This document shows positions 19,551 through 29,300 of a stretch of DNA of 64,000 nucleotides, piece by piece. Under the pieces are notes generated by a model. It searched no databases and had not been told where the DNA came from. It saw nothing but the letters and a program-made list of their open reading frames with translations. The stretch comes from a plasmid, in sequence record NZ_CP017041.1, one strand, 5' to 3'. A program made the translations under genes and the position numbers. Every line of letters starts with the position of its first letter. Within the stretch, counting starts at the first letter, position 1.

Positions 19551-20188
19551 GACTCCTTTTCGGCGGCGGCGAGGAAGGCTTCCAGGCCGCTGCGGCGTAC
19601 AGCGTTCCCGGTAGGGTGCAGGGGTTTTCTGGGGGTGGGTTCAGGTTTCGGGTCTGGGAGGGGTTTGGGCTCGTAGGTGGTGTCGATGTCTTCGGCGAGG
19701 ACGTGGTCGAGCAGGCAGGTGGCCGGGGTGTCGGTAGTCTCGTCCAGCTCGTCGATCATCTCGTCGAGGAGGTTGGGGGTGGTGGATGCGGCCCACACAG
19801 GTGGGATAGCCGGTGCGGGTCGAGGCGGTGTGGGGAGGCGGAGTTTGGTTTGGCCCCAGAGGGGTGTGTGGGTCATGCCGGCGGGAGTGGTGGCGGCGTG
19901 AGTGGTCACGCGCCACCAGCCCGCCAGCCATGCCAGAGGTGACCAGGTCCAGTCGATGCGGCCGATGATGAACTGGGCGAGCCATCCGGCGGCCAGCGCG
20001 AAGATGAAACCGCGGATGGTCATGCCCCCGTCGATAATTTTGAAGCCCATCATCGCGGCAGGAACTACGCCGCCGACAGCGAGCACCTGATAGATCGTGT
20101 AAGGCCCGCCGGGGATCTTTCGACCCGAAGAGTCCTTACCGATGATGCGGGGCTGCTGGCGGGCTTCGGTGTGCCACTGGATGTCCAT
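19547..20188 (-). CDS. Membrane protein of transfer module (unknown function)
   Basis: Two to three TM helices, Pro-rich C-terminus. Coupled to the VirB4-like gene. Confidence 0.3.
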   Translation of the reverse strand: MDIQWHTEARQQPRIIGKDSSGRKIPGGPYTIYQVLAVGGVVPAAMMGFKIIDGGMTIRGFIFALAAGWLAQFIIGRIDWTWSPLAWLAGWWRVTTHAATTPAGMTHTPLWGQTKLRLPTPPRPAPAIPPVWAASTTPNLLDEMIDELDETTDTPATCLLDHVLAEDIDTTYEPKPLPDPKPEPTPRKPLHPTGNAVRRSGLEAFLAAAEKES

Positions 20189-20263
20189 GACTTGCTTCCG
20201 GGTTCTCGGCTCTACCGGGCGGGAGCCTCAATAGCGGCCTTTGTGTGCTGGGGAATGTCCATG

Positions 20264-20530
20264 TCAGCCCTTGCCCAGTCCCTGCATCATCTGTCCGAAG
20301 AATTGGATGGCGTTGCCTTGGATGAGCCAGTACGCCATGCCACAGACGAACAGCATGGAGACGATTTTCGCGAGGCTCATGCCGTGTCGGAAGATGTTGA
20401 ACGCGGCGAGGGCCATGACTGCGAGCATGGCGACGGCTCGCACTGCGGAGTTTCCTTCACCTGCCTTAGTTGTGGTCCATTCGAAGAGGTTCTGTGTTTC
20501 CAGTGGGAACAGGAGAAATTGGTCGAGCAT
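20264..20530 (-). CDS. Small two-TM membrane protein (possible VirB2/pilin-like subunit)
   Basis: Internal Met at 20530 gives an 88-aa protein with two hydrophobic helices (AVAMLAVMALAAFNIF and IVSMLFVCGMAYWLI). The upstream extension of the ORF is Pro/Arg-rich and unlikely to be coding. Confidence 0.3.
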   Translation of the reverse strand: MLDQFLLFPLETQNLFEWTTTKAGEGNSAVRAVAMLAVMALAAFNIFRHGMSLAKIVSMLFVCGMAYWLIQGNAIQFFGQMMQGLGKG

Positions 20531-20547
20531 GAGGATGGCTTGTCCTT

Positions 20548-21438
20548 TCAGGAGGCCGACCGGGATGGGCCCGGTGTTGACGGGCTGGGCGACACGGGTG
20601 TGCCGGCCAGGGGCAGAAGGCGTGACGGCTGGTCGAGGGCGGCGACCTCCCATCGGCCTGCACGGCTGACAAGGGTCAGGCCGTACTGGCTGGTCCGGGT
20701 GGTGGATTCGTCGCCGGTGGGCTGGCATGTCACGGTCACCGTGACGGTAATCTTCTGCCGGTCTGAGGGGGTGGGGACCTCGTCAGGTCCCACCACATGA
20801 GTGGTTTTCACTGATACGCATGGGGCTGGGTCAACCGCGGTGAAAGCGGTCCCTGGGCTGCTCCATCTCGACAGGTCGGTGCTTCCGGCCAGCATGGCGG
20901 TTAGGAAGCCTGAAGAGGTTTGGGCGGCCGGGTCGGCGGTGCGAAGCTCCGAGGTGTCTAGGGTGGGGGCCGAGGCCGGTGCAGGCATGGGGATCTGTCC
21001 AGGTAGACGCAAGGCGATGGCCTTGCCGTTGGAATCGACGTGGACCGGGACTGACCAGGCCTGTCCGCTCCCGGATTGACCGCCCATGGTGACCACGGTG
21101 ACCTGCCACAGGCTCGGGTCAGACGGGGAGACGGTGGCATCGGCGACGGTGACTGTGGTGGGGGCCGGGCCGGGTTTGCGGGGCAGTCGGGCGTCGGTGA
21201 TCTTGGCCGCCACCAGGTGCCCCAAGTTGTCCAGGTGCTCAGAGTCGGAGGTCAGCAGAAGAGTAGTCACCTCGACCGCGGTGGCTGAGGCGATCTGAGC
21301 TGTGCGGCGGTCGTGATGGGTGGTGTCAGTGCTGACAGCTGTGGTGGGAGCGGATGCCGGGGCCGCCGAACGGACCAGGGCAACGGGGCCGCATGCGACT
21401 CCGCACAGCACGAGGGCAAGGAAGCCTTTGGTGGCCAT
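20548..21438 (-). CDS. Secreted/lipoprotein of transfer module
   Basis: Start at MATKGFLALVLCGVACG (signal peptide with a lipobox-like LCGVAC). Thr/Pro-rich mature part. Confidence 0.4.
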   Translation of the reverse strand: MATKGFLALVLCGVACGPVALVRSAAPASAPTTAVSTDTTHHDRRTAQIASATAVEVTTLLLTSDSEHLDNLGHLVAAKITDARLPRKPGPAPTTVTVADATVSPSDPSLWQVTVVTMGGQSGSGQAWSVPVHVDSNGKAIALRLPGQIPMPAPASAPTLDTSELRTADPAAQTSSGFLTAMLAGSTDLSRWSSPGTAFTAVDPAPCVSVKTTHVVGPDEVPTPSDRQKITVTVTVTCQPTGDESTTRTSQYGLTLVSRAGRWEVAALDQPSRLLPLAGTPVSPSPSTPGPSRSAS

Positions 21439-21850
21439 CGATCCGGTGTGGGGCCAGGGACCCACGTTTTCCTGTGCCTGTTTTTTCTTGGCCGACCAGC
21501 GGCGGGACTTAGGGTTAGCGGATGCACCTTCTGGGGTGCATGCTCGTCTCAATCGCATCGGTCACCTCCTTCATTCACTGGATGAAGGGATGAAGGGAGT
21601 GGCCCATGTGCGGTCGAACCCGAAAAAGTTCAAACTTTTTTCTGGGTCTGCCTCAAGTACGACAGAAGGCCTGCATCATCACGGCGTTGTGGTAGCAGAT
21701 CTTGCGTCAGCGTAAATGTATGGGCCTCGTAGGAGTAGCTCTTAGGTGGGTCCCGGTGGTTGCGGCCAGGGCGAGGGTGTCGGGTATGTGTAGCGCTAGT
21801 CCCGGGTTCGTGGTGTGAGGGCTTTTGGGTGCTGACATGCACTACCCATT

Positions 21851-21887
21851 GCTAGACGCTGTGCTGTGGCATGGCTAGGCGTCTAGC
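21851..21887. promoter_or_regulatory. Palindrome GCTAGACGC-N19-GCGTCTAGC in the transfer-module/sigma intergenic region
   Basis: Perfect 9-bp inverted repeat arms at 21851-21859 and 21879-21887. CTAG-containing, like the repeats upstream of parA. Confidence 0.3.
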
Positions 21888-22385
21888 AGACGGGTTGACA
21901 TCACCTTTAGGCTGGCAGCATCCGAGGCCGCAGGCCAGAGGAATGCGGACAGCCTAACGATTGACGTCCCCCTCTTATTTCCTTCACCTCTTCCACTTTC
22001 TGGAGCTGGCACTCCCCTTGCTGATGTCAGCTTTTTCCTGGATGCCACGGTTGAGTCGACTACTCGAAGGTGGATCGATCCACCGATGTATCTGACTCTG
22101 GTTTTAGAGGCCATCCCCGCTACTTCTGAAGTCACCCCTTCTCCCCCGGCATGACAGGCGGCGCCCCACAGATTGACGACACTGCGGGGCTGCGGAGGTC
22201 TTCCAAGACTGTCGCCAGGGAAAGTGCGTGTCTGTCATCTCATCTTTTCCCGTCACATTTCCCCTTGTCAGAGCGGTTTTTGCAAAGTGACAACGTCAGG
22301 GGTCTTGACGACAACATCCTCGACAACATCGTGGCGGTGGTCTGTGTCTCGTCAGTTCAACGCACCGGGGAAAGAGGCACCGCTG

Positions 22386-23072
22386 ATGTTCACCACCACA
22401 AACACTCTCAACGATGAATGGGACCAGATTCGCGCCATCGAGATCGATTGGCATGACTGCCCCGAACTGATGCACTGCATCGACGTTGATGATGTGTTGG
22501 CCGTCATTCCTGCCGCCCCCGACGCCATCCTGGGCTACCTCATTACCCGAGCTCAGGGCGGTGACGAGTTGGCCACCCGCACTATCATCCAAGCGTTCAC
22601 AGGCAAGCTTATTTTGATGGCCACGGCCACCAAGGTGCGCCGTACTAATGACGGCTTCAATGATCTGCTGGCGGGGTTGTGGGAGACGATCATCACGTAC
22701 CCGTTGGATCGTCGCCCTGACAAGATCGCTGCGAACCTCACCCTCGACACGTTGCACCGGGTTACCCGGTTCTGGCGTGCTGATTCCCCCGATGAGGAAG
22801 AGGCTCACGGTCTGGTGCCCTTCCCTGACACTCTCATCGCCCCAGAGCCCGATGAGGACGTCACAGCTAGCCAGGCCATCGCCTTGGCGGTGGACCGCAA
22901 CTGGATTACCGAGGACCTAGCCCGCCTCATGAGCCATATTTACTGTGACGGTATGACTGGAGCTGATGCGGGTCGTCTGCATGGCTGCGCTCCAGCTACG
23001 GTGCGATCTCGATGCCGTGATGGTCGGGCCGTGTTGCAGCGCAACGCCGAGACGATCCTGGCCGTCTGCTGA
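22386..23072 (+). CDS. Sigma-70/ECF-like sigma factor (region 2-like core and C-terminal region 4 HTH)
   Basis: RBS GAAAGAGG before ATG 22386. C-terminal LARLMSHIYCDGMTGADAGRLHGCAPATVRSRCRDGRAVLQRN has the region-4 pattern. The ORF upstream of 22386 is unlikely to be coding. Confidence 0.45.
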   Translation: MFTTTNTLNDEWDQIRAIEIDWHDCPELMHCIDVDDVLAVIPAAPDAILGYLITRAQGGDELATRTIIQAFTGKLILMATATKVRRTNDGFNDLLAGLWETIITYPLDRRPDKIAANLTLDTLHRVTRFWRADSPDEEEAHGLVPFPDTLIAPEPDEDVTASQAIALAVDRNWITEDLARLMSHIYCDGMTGADAGRLHGCAPATVRSRCRDGRAVLQRNAETILAVC

Positions 23073-23814
23073 TCCCTCTCTTGCTCATGCCTGCCGCCAC
23101 CCTACCCCTACCTGCTAGAAACATAGCCATGTCTCCAGCAACGCATCTAGCATATTTTCTAGCAATTGATCTAGCTATGTATATAGCTGATGATCTAGCT
23201 ATCATATAGCTGTGTCTCCAGCCTATGGGTCACGTTTACTGTGACGGTATGACTGGAGCTGATGCGGGTCGTCTGCATGGCTGCGCTCCAGCTACGGTGC
23301 GATCTCGATGCCGTGATGGTCGGGCCGTGTTGCAGCGCAACGCCGAGACGATCCTGGCCGTCTGCTGATCCCTCTCTTGCTCATGCCTGCCGCCACCCTA
23401 CCCCTACCTGCTAGAAACATAGCCATGTCTCCAGCAACGCATCTAGCATATTTTCTAGCAATTGATCTAGCTATGTATATAGCTGATGATCTAGCTATCA
23501 TATAGCTGTGTCTCCAGCCTATGGGTCACGTTTACTGTGACGGTATGACTGGAGCTGATGCGGGTCGTCTGCATGGCTGCGCTCCAGCTACGGTGCGATC
23601 TCGATGCCGTGATGGTCGGGCCGTGTTGCAGCGCAACGCCGAGACGATCCTGGCCGTCTGCTGATCCCTCTCTTGCTCATGCCTGCCGCCACCCTACCCC
23701 TACCTGCTAGAAACATAGCCATGTCTCCAGCAACGCATCTAGCATATTTTCTAGCAATTGATCTAGCTATGTATATAGCTGATGATCTAGCTATCATATA
23801 GCTGTGTCTCCAGC
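22937..23814. repeat. Tandem direct repeat, about 296 bp x 3 (third copy slightly truncated)
   Basis: Identical 69-aa artifact ORFs recur at a 296-bp period (22996, 23292, 23588). Each unit = the last ~46 codons of the sigma-like gene + a Pro-rich spacer + an AT-rich CTAG-rich segment (tctagcatattttctagcaattgatctagctatgtatatagctgatgatctagctatcatatagctg). Confidence 0.85.
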
Positions 23815-23898
23815 CCAAATGACAGCCCAATGGCATGCTTGCCACAGGAAGGTGCGTCAGCCTCCCGAAATACTGGAAGGAGCTTTACCGTGCAGGAC

Positions 23899-24825
23899 AT
23901 GACCTCGACCAGACCGATTGACCGATCCCCGTTCGACCGCAGCATCGCGGTATGGAACCACAAAGGCGGCACGTTCAAGACGTCCGTCGTGGCGAACCTG
24001 GGATACCTGTTCGCCGCCGGTGGCAACAAGGTGCTGATGGTCGACATGGACCCCCAAGCCAATCTCGACATTGACTTCGGTATACCCGCGGGAGAACGTG
24101 AACGGGGCATGGGATTAGCCGAGGCGCTACGTGAGGGGACGGCCCTTCCCCCACCGCGTCATCTCAGCGAAAACCTTCACCTGGTCAGTGGCGGCCCGGC
24201 CCTCCACGAGTTCACCGACCCCGCCTCCCTAGCGGCCATCCTCGAGCGGGTCACTACCGCACGCTACGACCTGCTGGCCCAGGCCCTCGCACCGCTGGCC
24301 TGGGACTACGACCTTATCCTTATCGATTCCGGGCCGGCCCAGACTGTGCTGTCCCAGACCATCCTTGGAGTAGCCCGCTACCTGGTGGTGCCCACCCGCT
24401 CCGATAACGCCTCGATCACCGGGCTGGTCGGCGTTCAGGACGCCATCGATGAGGTCGCCGACTGCAACCCCGGCCTGAACCTGCTCGGTGTTGTGCTGGC
24501 TGGTGTGGGCACTCAGGCCACCCGGATCGGGGCCGATAAACGCAAGGCCATTGACACGGTCTTGGGGGAGGGGACCGTCTTCGAGGCGATCATCCACTAC
24601 TCCGAAAAAGTGGCCGTGCTCGCACGCCAGCAGGGTAAGACCGTCGCCGAGTTGGCTGGCGAATACCACCACACCCAGCCCGCCTACACCTACCTAGCCC
24701 AAGGCAAAAAGGTCCCCAACGTCGCTAAGGCGGCCGTCGCCATTGAAACCGACTACCTACGGTTGGCCACCGAAATCAGTGACCGCATGTTCGCCGGCGA
24801 CGAGCAGGAGTCCACTCATGACTGA
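23899..24825 (+). CDS. parA: ParA/Soj-family partition ATPase
   Basis: RBS GGAAGGAG. Deviant Walker A NHKGGTFKTS, DMDPQANL. Start at 23899 (MTSTRPIDR). Confidence 0.8.
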   Translation: MTSTRPIDRSPFDRSIAVWNHKGGTFKTSVVANLGYLFAAGGNKVLMVDMDPQANLDIDFGIPAGERERGMGLAEALREGTALPPPRHLSENLHLVSGGPALHEFTDPASLAAILERVTTARYDLLAQALAPLAWDYDLILIDSGPAQTVLSQTILGVARYLVVPTRSDNASITGLVGVQDAIDEVADCNPGLNLLGVVLAGVGTQATRIGADKRKAIDTVLGEGTVFEAIIHYSEKVAVLARQQGKTVAELAGEYHHTQPAYTYLAQGKKVPNVAKAAVAIETDYLRLATEISDRMFAGDEQESTHD

Positions 24826-25438
24826 CGATCCGACCCTGCCCGACCACACCTCCACCGAGGGCGACGACGCCGACACGCGCCTGGCTGAGGAGTGGACCAC
24901 CAGCGGCCGCAAAGTAGGCATCCTGCCCCAGCGTCAGCGACCCGGACGCTCCACAAAACCCGCTAAACAGACTCCTGTCTCGTCCCCTGCTCCTGCTGCA
25001 CCAGCACCAAGGAAAACCCCGGCGGCCACAACCACCCAGAATGAACGCCAGCGGATCAACGTCACCGTCTACGTTGTCCCCGAACTGGCCGCCGAGCTGC
25101 GCTCCCGGTCTGCGGCGACGGGGGTGACGGTCTCGGATCTGGTGGTGCAGGCTCTGGTTTTTGTGGCCGATCACGCGGGCGAGGCGGTCGCCGATGATGT
25201 TCGCGTCGACGCGGTTACTGGTGATGGGGGAGGGTTGTTCGATGTGACCCCGTCGCGGCCGACAGGTGTCGCTAAGACCCAGTTGGGGGTGCGGATGACC
25301 CGCCACAACAAGGACGGTTTGGACCAGCTGACCCAGATCAGTGGGGCCCGTGACCGTAGTCATCTTGTGTCCGTGGCCGTGCGCGACTATCTCGACTCTA
25401 ATCCTGTTCCTGTGAAGAAAGGCCACCATGTCCGCTGA
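24818..25438 (+). CDS. Partition-associated DNA-binding protein with two RHH-like segments (ParG-like)
   Basis: Overlaps the parA stop (ATGACTGA). Segments QRINVTVYVVPELAAELRSRSAATGVTVSDLVVQAL and TQLGVRMTRHNKDGLDQLTQISGARDRSHLVSVAVRDYL look like ribbon-helix-helix units. Confidence 0.45.
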   Translation: MTDDPTLPDHTSTEGDDADTRLAEEWTTSGRKVGILPQRQRPGRSTKPAKQTPVSSPAPAAPAPRKTPAATTTQNERQRINVTVYVVPELAAELRSRSAATGVTVSDLVVQALVFVADHAGEAVADDVRVDAVTGDGGGLFDVTPSRPTGVAKTQLGVRMTRHNKDGLDQLTQISGARDRSHLVSVAVRDYLDSNPVPVKKGHHVR

Positions 25439-26081
25439 TGAAACCCTGGCCGGGCGACACTTTGAAACGACTGTTAAGCCCAGGCGGCGTCCCGTGTTCG
25501 TCGCCGCCGGGATCGCCATCGTCGTGGTCGGTGCTCTGCTTATTGCCCAGTTGATTCACGCGGGTCAGACCGAGAATCGCGTGTTGGAGGTCCGTTCCGA
25601 TGTGGGGCGTGGCGAGGTGATTCGTGACACCGATCTGGTGGCGGTGACCGTTGGCCAGGTCGGCAACGTGTCAACGGTTCCCGCCGATCAGCTTGATGCC
25701 CTGGTCGGCAAGCGTGCCGCGGTGGATCTGCGTTCCGGGTCTTTGTTGTCTGCCGGGGCTATTGGGGCGGCCGACACTGTTCCAGCCCCGGGTAAGTCGC
25801 TGGTTGGGTTGAAGCTGGCCCCCGGGCAGGTTCCTATCGGGGATCTGACCGCCGGGGCGAAACTGCGTCTGATCCAGACGTCGGCCCTCAACGGGTCGGC
25901 CACCGCGACCGACGCCGCCAATACCAATGGTCAGTCGTGGGATGCGACGATGGCGGCCAGCACCAAGGGCACCGATCAGGTCACTTTGGTCAATGTGGAG
26001 GTGAAATCGGGTGAGGCGGCCCGGATCGCCCAGCTGACCTCCCAGGGCCGTATCGCTGTGGTGAAGGACTCGAGCCGGTGA
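25428..26081 (+). CDS. cpaB: Flp pilus assembly protein CpaB/RcpC-like
   Basis: N-terminal TM. SAF/CpaB-like region (VIRDTDLVAVTVGQVGNVSTVPADQLDALVGKRAAVDLRSGSLL). First gene of a tad-type operon. Confidence 0.6.
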   Translation: MSADETLAGRHFETTVKPRRRPVFVAAGIAIVVVGALLIAQLIHAGQTENRVLEVRSDVGRGEVIRDTDLVAVTVGQVGNVSTVPADQLDALVGKRAAVDLRSGSLLSAGAIGAADTVPAPGKSLVGLKLAPGQVPIGDLTAGAKLRLIQTSALNGSATATDAANTNGQSWDATMAASTKGTDQVTLVNVEVKSGEAARIAQLTSQGRIAVVKDSSR

Positions 26082-26896
26082 GCACCATCGTTGTAACCAG
26101 TGTCTCGGGAGCCCCTGGGGTGACCACGACGGCGATTGGGTTGGGCCGGGTGTGGCCACAGTCCAGTCTGGTCGTCGAGGACGATACTCATCACGCCATG
26201 CTGGCGGGCTATCTGCGAGCCGGTCAGCATGCCGAGCCGAATCTGGCTACGGTGGCGAGCTTGACGTCGACTCCGACTAACGCCCAAACGGTGTGGGAAT
26301 CCATTGCCAGGCCCCTGCCCACCGATGATCCGGTCAGCGGGCTGCGGCGCAAGGTTATCCTCGGCCCACCTACCCCGTGGTCTCGCGCGGGTATCGACCC
26401 TAGGTGGGGCTTCATGTTGGGGTTGTGGCGGCGGCTGGAGGAGGCTGGTATTGACACCATCATCGACTTGGGCCGCCTGGCCACGCCGCTGACGTCGACC
26501 CCGCAGCTGATCGCCGCCCCCATTGTCGAGGACGCCGACATGATCTTGGTGATGATCGAGGCGAGGCTACGAGACGTAGCCGGCGCTCACACGATGGTCG
26601 AGGGGCTAGCCGAGCAGATGAATCTGGCCGGGGCCCACCAGCGCCTCGGGTTGCTGGTTCACCGTGGCGGGGCGGCCCGCGGAGTCCCCGAGTTCACTGA
26701 CAGGGAGATCACTTCGGCGTTGAAACTGCCGGTGTGCGGGTCGATAGTCCATGACCCGGTCGGGGCCGCCCAGCTGTCCGATGGTGTGGGGCAGCGGTTC
26801 GACAGGTCGCGTCTGGGCAGATCGTTGTCGAAGGTGGCGGCTGGCCTGGTTGAGGACATTGACAAGCGCCGTGCTGAGGGCAAGGAGGATCTGTGA
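26078..26896 (+). CDS. tadZ: TadZ/CpaE-like ParA/MinD-related pilus assembly protein
   Basis: Degenerate P-loop (VTSVSGAPGVTTTAIGLG). Position between cpaB and tadA. Confidence 0.55.
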   Translation: MSTIVVTSVSGAPGVTTTAIGLGRVWPQSSLVVEDDTHHAMLAGYLRAGQHAEPNLATVASLTSTPTNAQTVWESIARPLPTDDPVSGLRRKVILGPPTPWSRAGIDPRWGFMLGLWRRLEEAGIDTIIDLGRLATPLTSTPQLIAAPIVEDADMILVMIEARLRDVAGAHTMVEGLAEQMNLAGAHQRLGLLVHRGGAARGVPEFTDREITSALKLPVCGSIVHDPVGAAQLSDGVGQRFDRSRLGRSLSKVAAGLVEDIDKRRAEGKEDL

Positions 26897-28437
26897 TGGC
26901 CAGTTTTTCTGACAATCCGTTCGACAAGTTGCGTTCCCGTCTTGATGTTGGGGTGTCGTCGGCGACGTCGATGGCCGGGCACATAGATGCAGGGGAGTCC
27001 TCAGTGGGGCAGGAGTCCTCTCCCAGGTTTGCCTCGGAGTTGTTTTCGACGTCGTCGGGGTGGACCAGTTCCCAGCAGGTGACTCAGACTTCCCCGGTGA
27101 TGACCCGTTCGGAGAAGGTCGATTGGTCTGTTGTTGCGGAACTGGCTAGTACGGCCACGGATGAGATTGAGACCGAGATCACCCGGTGGAGTGCTACTCA
27201 TGAGGGCCTGGCGACGTTGGACATGCGCCAGGCCATCGCCGAACCTGCTATCGCGTCGGCGGTAGCCACCTACGCTGACCGGCGTCAGATCGACGTAGGG
27301 GAGACCTGGCCTGACCTGGTACGTCAGGGCTACCGCAAGGCCGTGTGGGATCAGTTGTTCGGGATGGGGCGGTTGCAGCCGCTGTTCGAAATCAGCGACG
27401 CCGAAAACATCGTCGTAGTGGGTAATCACGAGGTGATCGTCGATCACAACGATGGTTCCCGGTCGACGTTGCCGCCGGTGGCTGATTCGGATGCCGAGTT
27501 GGAATCCCAGATCGCCCGAATGGCGAGGAATGCGACCCCGCGGCGTGCCTTCGACGCCGACCATACTGATGTGACGATCATGCACCAGCAGAAATTCCGC
27601 ATCCACGCGATCTCTGCGGAAGTGTCGTTACAGCCATCGGTGGTGATCCGCCAGCATTTGCTGACCCACATCAGCCTGGGGGATCTGTCCCAGCGCGGAA
27701 TGATGCCGCTGGAGGTGGCCCGGTTCCTGGACCAGGCGGTGCAAGCCGGCAAGTCCATCGTGGTCGCCGGTGAGCAGGGTGCAGGCAAGACAACATTTCT
27801 GCGGGCACTCATCCACGCCATCCCGATGCGGGAACGATTTGCCACCCTGGAGACCGATCAGGAGTTGTTCGCTCATCTGATGCCAGGCCGACAGAACACG
27901 CTGGTGCTGTTCGCCCGTGACGGTAACGGCGAGATTGATCCAGCCACCGGAACCCAGCATGGCGCCATCGAGATTGCCCAGCTCATTCCGCCTAGTCTGC
28001 GCCAAGCGTTGACCCGGGTCATCGTCGGTGAGGTGCGCGGCAACGAGGCTTCGGCCATGTTTCAGGCCATGCAGTCGGGTACGGGCACCATGAGTAGCAT
28101 TCATTCTCCGCGGGCCTCGGAGGTGCCATCTCGACTGGCCCAGATGATTTCGATGGGCCCGGTCTACAATTTGGATCAGGCCATGCTCCAGATCGGTCAT
28201 TCGATCGACTACATCGTCTTCGTGCGTCGGCGTGACCTGCCTGACGGGACCCGGCTGCGGTTCGTTGAGCAGATCCGGTCAGTCTCGCCTGGCGATGCGA
28301 CAACTCCCAGTCTCGGCGAGGTGTACACGGCCGATGCGTGGACCGGTCAGCCGTTGACCCCGCTCATGCCCGGATCGGCCGCCGACGAGCTGTCTCACTT
28401 CGCCCGCGACTTGGATTACTGCGAGGCCCACTCATGA
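26893..28437 (+). CDS. tadA: TadA/CpaF secretion ATPase (type II/IV secretion NTPase family)
   Basis: Walker A VVAGEQGAGKTTFLRAL. VirB11/CpaF-like His box region IVGEVRGNEA. Confidence 0.85.
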   Translation: MMASFSDNPFDKLRSRLDVGVSSATSMAGHIDAGESSVGQESSPRFASELFSTSSGWTSSQQVTQTSPVMTRSEKVDWSVVAELASTATDEIETEITRWSATHEGLATLDMRQAIAEPAIASAVATYADRRQIDVGETWPDLVRQGYRKAVWDQLFGMGRLQPLFEISDAENIVVVGNHEVIVDHNDGSRSTLPPVADSDAELESQIARMARNATPRRAFDADHTDVTIMHQQKFRIHAISAEVSLQPSVVIRQHLLTHISLGDLSQRGMMPLEVARFLDQAVQAGKSIVVAGEQGAGKTTFLRALIHAIPMRERFATLETDQELFAHLMPGRQNTLVLFARDGNGEIDPATGTQHGAIEIAQLIPPSLRQALTRVIVGEVRGNEASAMFQAMQSGTGTMSSIHSPRASEVPSRLAQMISMGPVYNLDQAMLQIGHSIDYIVFVRRRDLPDGTRLRFVEQIRSVSPGDATTPSLGEVYTADAWTGQPLTPLMPGSAADELSHFARDLDYCEAHS

Positions 28438-29300
28438 ACACTCCCGCACTAACCAGCGCCCTCATCATGGCCGGGCTAGGGCTGATCCTGGCCATCGACG
28501 GGCTGGTCCCGGCGCCGCCTCGACCTGGGGCCCCGCTGAGCCCGGCCCAAAGGTGGGCTCGGCTCACCCACCGTCCCACAGGAGCGGCCGGGCGCCGCCG
28601 GGACCTGCGCTGGGGGCTGGCTGTTCTCGTCGGCGTCGTCCTATTTGTGCTCACTGGCTGGGTCGCTGCGCTGGCGCTGGGCCCCATCATCGTGCTGCTG
28701 GCCCCCACCCTGCTGGGGGCGGCCCCGCCGACCGACATCCCGCTGATGGAGGCGTTGGATCGCTGGGTGCGTCAGGTCGCTGCGGTGCTGCCACAGGGGC
28801 GAGACATCATCACAGCGGTGCGGATCTCACGGCCGCGGGCCCCGAAGCTGATCGCCGGGTCGGTGGATCAACTGGTGTCGCGCCTCGATGGCCGTATGGA
28901 GCCGAGGGAGGCATTCCAGCGGATGGCCGACGAGCTGGACTCATCTGAGGCTGACGCGGTGCTGGCCTCGCTGGCATTAGCAGCCACTCACCCGCGGGGC
29001 GCATCGGTGACATTAAAGGCTATTGCTGGCACTATTCAGCAGCGGTTAAAAGTGCTGCGGCAGGTGGAGGCTGAACGGTCCAAGCCGCGCAACGCAGTGC
29101 GCCAGATCACGCTGGTCACGATCGCCATGTTCGGGGTACTGCTGGTTGTTGGGCGCTCGTTCTTGGCCCCACTGGCAACCCCTCCCGGTCAGGTTCTGGT
29201 CACCGCGGCGGTGGTCATGTATGTCACCGCATTAGTGCAGATGTATCGGATGGCGCGGCCGCGACGTCGTACGCGGATCATGGTCAGGAGGACCCGATGA
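28434..29300 (+). CDS. tadB: TadB-like inner-membrane platform protein
   Basis: GspF-like polytopic protein. Start overlaps the tadA stop (ATGA). Confidence 0.6.
   Translation: MNTPALTSALIMAGLGLILAIDGLVPAPPRPGAPLSPAQRWARLTHRPTGAAGRRRDLRWGLAVLVGVVLFVLTGWVAALALGPIIVLLAPTLLGAAPPTDIPLMEALDRWVRQVAAVLPQGRDIITAVRISRPRAPKLIAGSVDQLVSRLDGRMEPREAFQRMADELDSSEADAVLASLALAATHPRGASVTLKAIAGTIQQRLKVLRQVEAERSKPRNAVRQITLVTIAMFGVLLVVGRSFLAPLATPPGQVLVTAAVVMYVTALVQMYRMARPRRRTRIMVRRTR

Noticed and set aside
22937-23814. Possible CRISPR array
   Set aside because: Repeat units are 296 bp, fully identical including the inter-repeat sequence. There are no unique spacers and no cas genes.
22996-23845. Three identical/near-identical 69-85-aa minus-strand ORFs (22996..23205, 23292..23501, 23588..23845)
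   Set aside because: They are the same antisense frame repeated by the 296-bp tandem duplication. No RBS or family. Used only as evidence of the repeat period.
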